32,000 nucleotides of DNA. It comes from Alkalilimnicola ehrlichii MLHE-1 (GTDB taxonomy: Bacteria > Pseudomonadota > Gammaproteobacteria > Nitrococcales > Halorhodospiraceae). The DNA is taken from positions 1,050,001 through 1,082,000 of the forward strand of contig NC_008340.1 in assembly GCF_000014785.1 (NCBI RefSeq), given 5' to 3'. Both the position numbers and the translations under genes were made by a program. Position 1 is the stretch's first letter, and every line of letters starts with the position of its first letter. The notes below the pieces were generated by a model. The model was not told the DNA's origin, did not search any database, and worked only from the letters and a program-made list of their open reading frames with translations. Shown here piece by piece: positions 30,815 through 32,000 of this stretch.

Positions 30815-31529
30815 GCCGGTCGAAGCAGCAGCATTCCGAAGCCGAAGGCTCGGTGTCGGCCAACGCCCCGCGCCACCAGGGTGGCGAAGGTATCGGGGTC
30901 GCGTACCGTGAGTCTGCCGGTGACCAAGGCATCCGGGCGAACGAGACGCGTCTTCCCCGTCGGCGTCCGCCCTGGCCTGCCGCGCCCTGGCGCCATGTGG
31001 AGACGAGCCGGAAGGCCTTAAGCTTAAAGCTAGTGTCTTCCAGTTCCACTGCCGGGTGCAGGCGGTCAGCAGTCCAGCTGTGGTAGATCTCGCTGCGTGT
31101 GGTGTCAGCCGGTTCCTTTCCTTCCGGGAGTGCCGCGAGAAAGGCGTCCCGCTCGCCGGACTTTCCTCTCACCACTGGGCAGAGCCGACACTCAAAACCG
31201 AGGCGCTGACCAACGCGCCAGCGAATACTCCCCATATCCTTGCTCGCTGCAGTATTCCAATCGCAAGCGTTCGCTGCACTCGGGTCGGCAAAGGTGGTGG
31301 CGTGCTCACAGAGAGTTTGCGCGTCGCTGGGGCCATAACCCAACAACCGCAGACTACCCTCCCGGGTATCGATCAGCCGGAAGCTGGTCGGGCTGTGCTT
31401 GCCCAGCGTGGCGCGCAACCAGCTGTGGACGGCATAGCCCAGGTCCTCGTCTCGGCTGCGGTTATGGCCCTGGTCTTGCGCATGAGCGATGAGCTTCTCA
31501 GGCCGCAGTCGAAGGTCGATCATGTGCAT
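30811..31529 (-). pseudogene. cas6e: cas6e (CasE/Cse3) crRNA endonuclease, frameshifted as sequenced
   Basis: N-terminal part MHMIDLRLRPEKLIAHAQDQGHNRSRDEDLGYAVHSWLRA...[13 protein letters not shown] in one frame; C-terminal [46 protein letters not shown] in another; span is 719 nt (3n+2); start (31529 or 31523) abuts cas5e stop and the C-terminal frame stop overlaps cas1 ATG. Confidence 0.85.
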
Positions 31530-32000
31530 GGGGGCACCTCCGTGAGGTAGCCAGTGATCATCGGACGCAGACCCACGTGGGCCTGGGTTCGCCAATCCCG
31601 GTCGTCCGTGCGGTTCTGGCGTTGCCGGGACTCGGTGGCGGGGGCTGTTGTTCCAGGTGGCCAGCAGGCTTCGAAAAAGCGAGTGTCTGCCGCTGCGCGA
31701 GGATCCCGGGGTTCGCTGGCCAGTACGTGATAGGCGTCGTCGGATTCACGCACCCGCAGGAGCACGGGGGCCGCCGGCAGGCATGCCTTACGCCCGATGA
31801 ATAGCGGGCGGGCCGGATGGCGCAGGGCAGCCGCCAGGGTCGCAACGTTGGGCTCGCCCGGAGGGACGGTGACCGCAACGGTCATGACTCCGTTCGCCCA
31901 ATAGTGGCGGTCTCGTTGATGAATGCCCCTCTTCGCCGTGCCGCCCTCCCGATGCTCTGGGGCGCCGCGGGTGGTCCATCCCGGGTTTGCCAGGTGCGTC
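31520..32000 (-). CDS. cas5e: cas5e (CasD) C-terminal part, 5' end outside window
   Basis: Frame stays open from the window edge to TGA at 31520-31522: THLANPGWTT...KRGIHQRDRHYWANGVMTVAVTVPPGEPNVATLAAALRHPARPLFIGRKACLPAAPV, typical Cas5e C-terminus; stop overlaps a cas6e ATG (ATGA). Confidence 0.88.
   Translation of the reverse strand, partial: THLANPGWTTRGAPEHREGGTAKRGIHQRDRHYWANGVMTVAVTVPPGEPNVATLAAALRHPARPLFIGRKACLPAAPVLLRVRESDDAYHVLASEPRDPRAAADTRFFEACWPPGTTAPATESRQRQNRTDDRDWRTQAHVGLRPMITGYLTEVPPCT

Noticed and set aside
30950-30965. Programmed -1 ribosomal frameshifting in cas6e
   Set aside because: The local sequence in the zero frame is CGA CGG GGA AGA. It does not form a canonical X_XXY_YYZ slippery heptamer, and the G4 run is short for polymerase slippage. 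A 1-nt mutation or sequencing error is simpler.
30651-31595. Taking the 314-aa minus ORF as one intact novel protein
   Set aside because: Its first two thirds are Cas6e, but the remainder overlaps cas1 out of frame and has no family-like sequence, while the true Cas6e tail lies in the adjacent frame.
23961-32000. Calling this locus a previously undescribed defence system
   Set aside because: Repeat sequence, Cas1, Cas2, Cas5e and Cas6e all match subtype I-E. cas3, cas8e, cas11 and cas7 are presumably outside the window, so completeness cannot be judged here.

Overview
GC-rich chromosomal segment, gammaproteobacterial in character (Ectothiorhodospiraceae-like by gene order and codon usage; inference only). 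Positions 1-23.6 kb are housekeeping genes: (serA)-pheA-hisC-tyrA-aroA-cmk-rpsA-ihfB-lapA-lapB-pyrF-srkA-like on +; then a DedA-family gene, a CDF cation transporter, a Fur-family regulator, a DUF1244-like gene and typA on -; ttcA on +; tolC-like, folE2, ispA and xseB on -; and parE on +. Positions 23961-29602 are one large type I-E CRISPR array. By walking every unit I count 93 repeats (28 nt conserved core, 61-bp period) and 92 spacers. It is read on the minus strand and sits directly downstream of cas2, cas1, cas6e and a cas5e gene truncated by the window edge. The most notable observations are: (1) an apparent 1-nt deletion in a G4 tract that splits cas6e into two frames; (2) a strong base bias at the repeat/spacer junction (86 of 92 pyrimidine in crRNA sense), which looks like a PAM footprint; (3) two spacers sharing 21 nt but differing in the seed-proximal part, both encoding nearly the same peptide; (4) a 47-bp leader with a direct repeat; (5) a composite palindromic repeat cluster upstream of typA. 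I find no evidence for a wholly undescribed system. The CRISPR-Cas locus belongs to a known subtype with unusual details.
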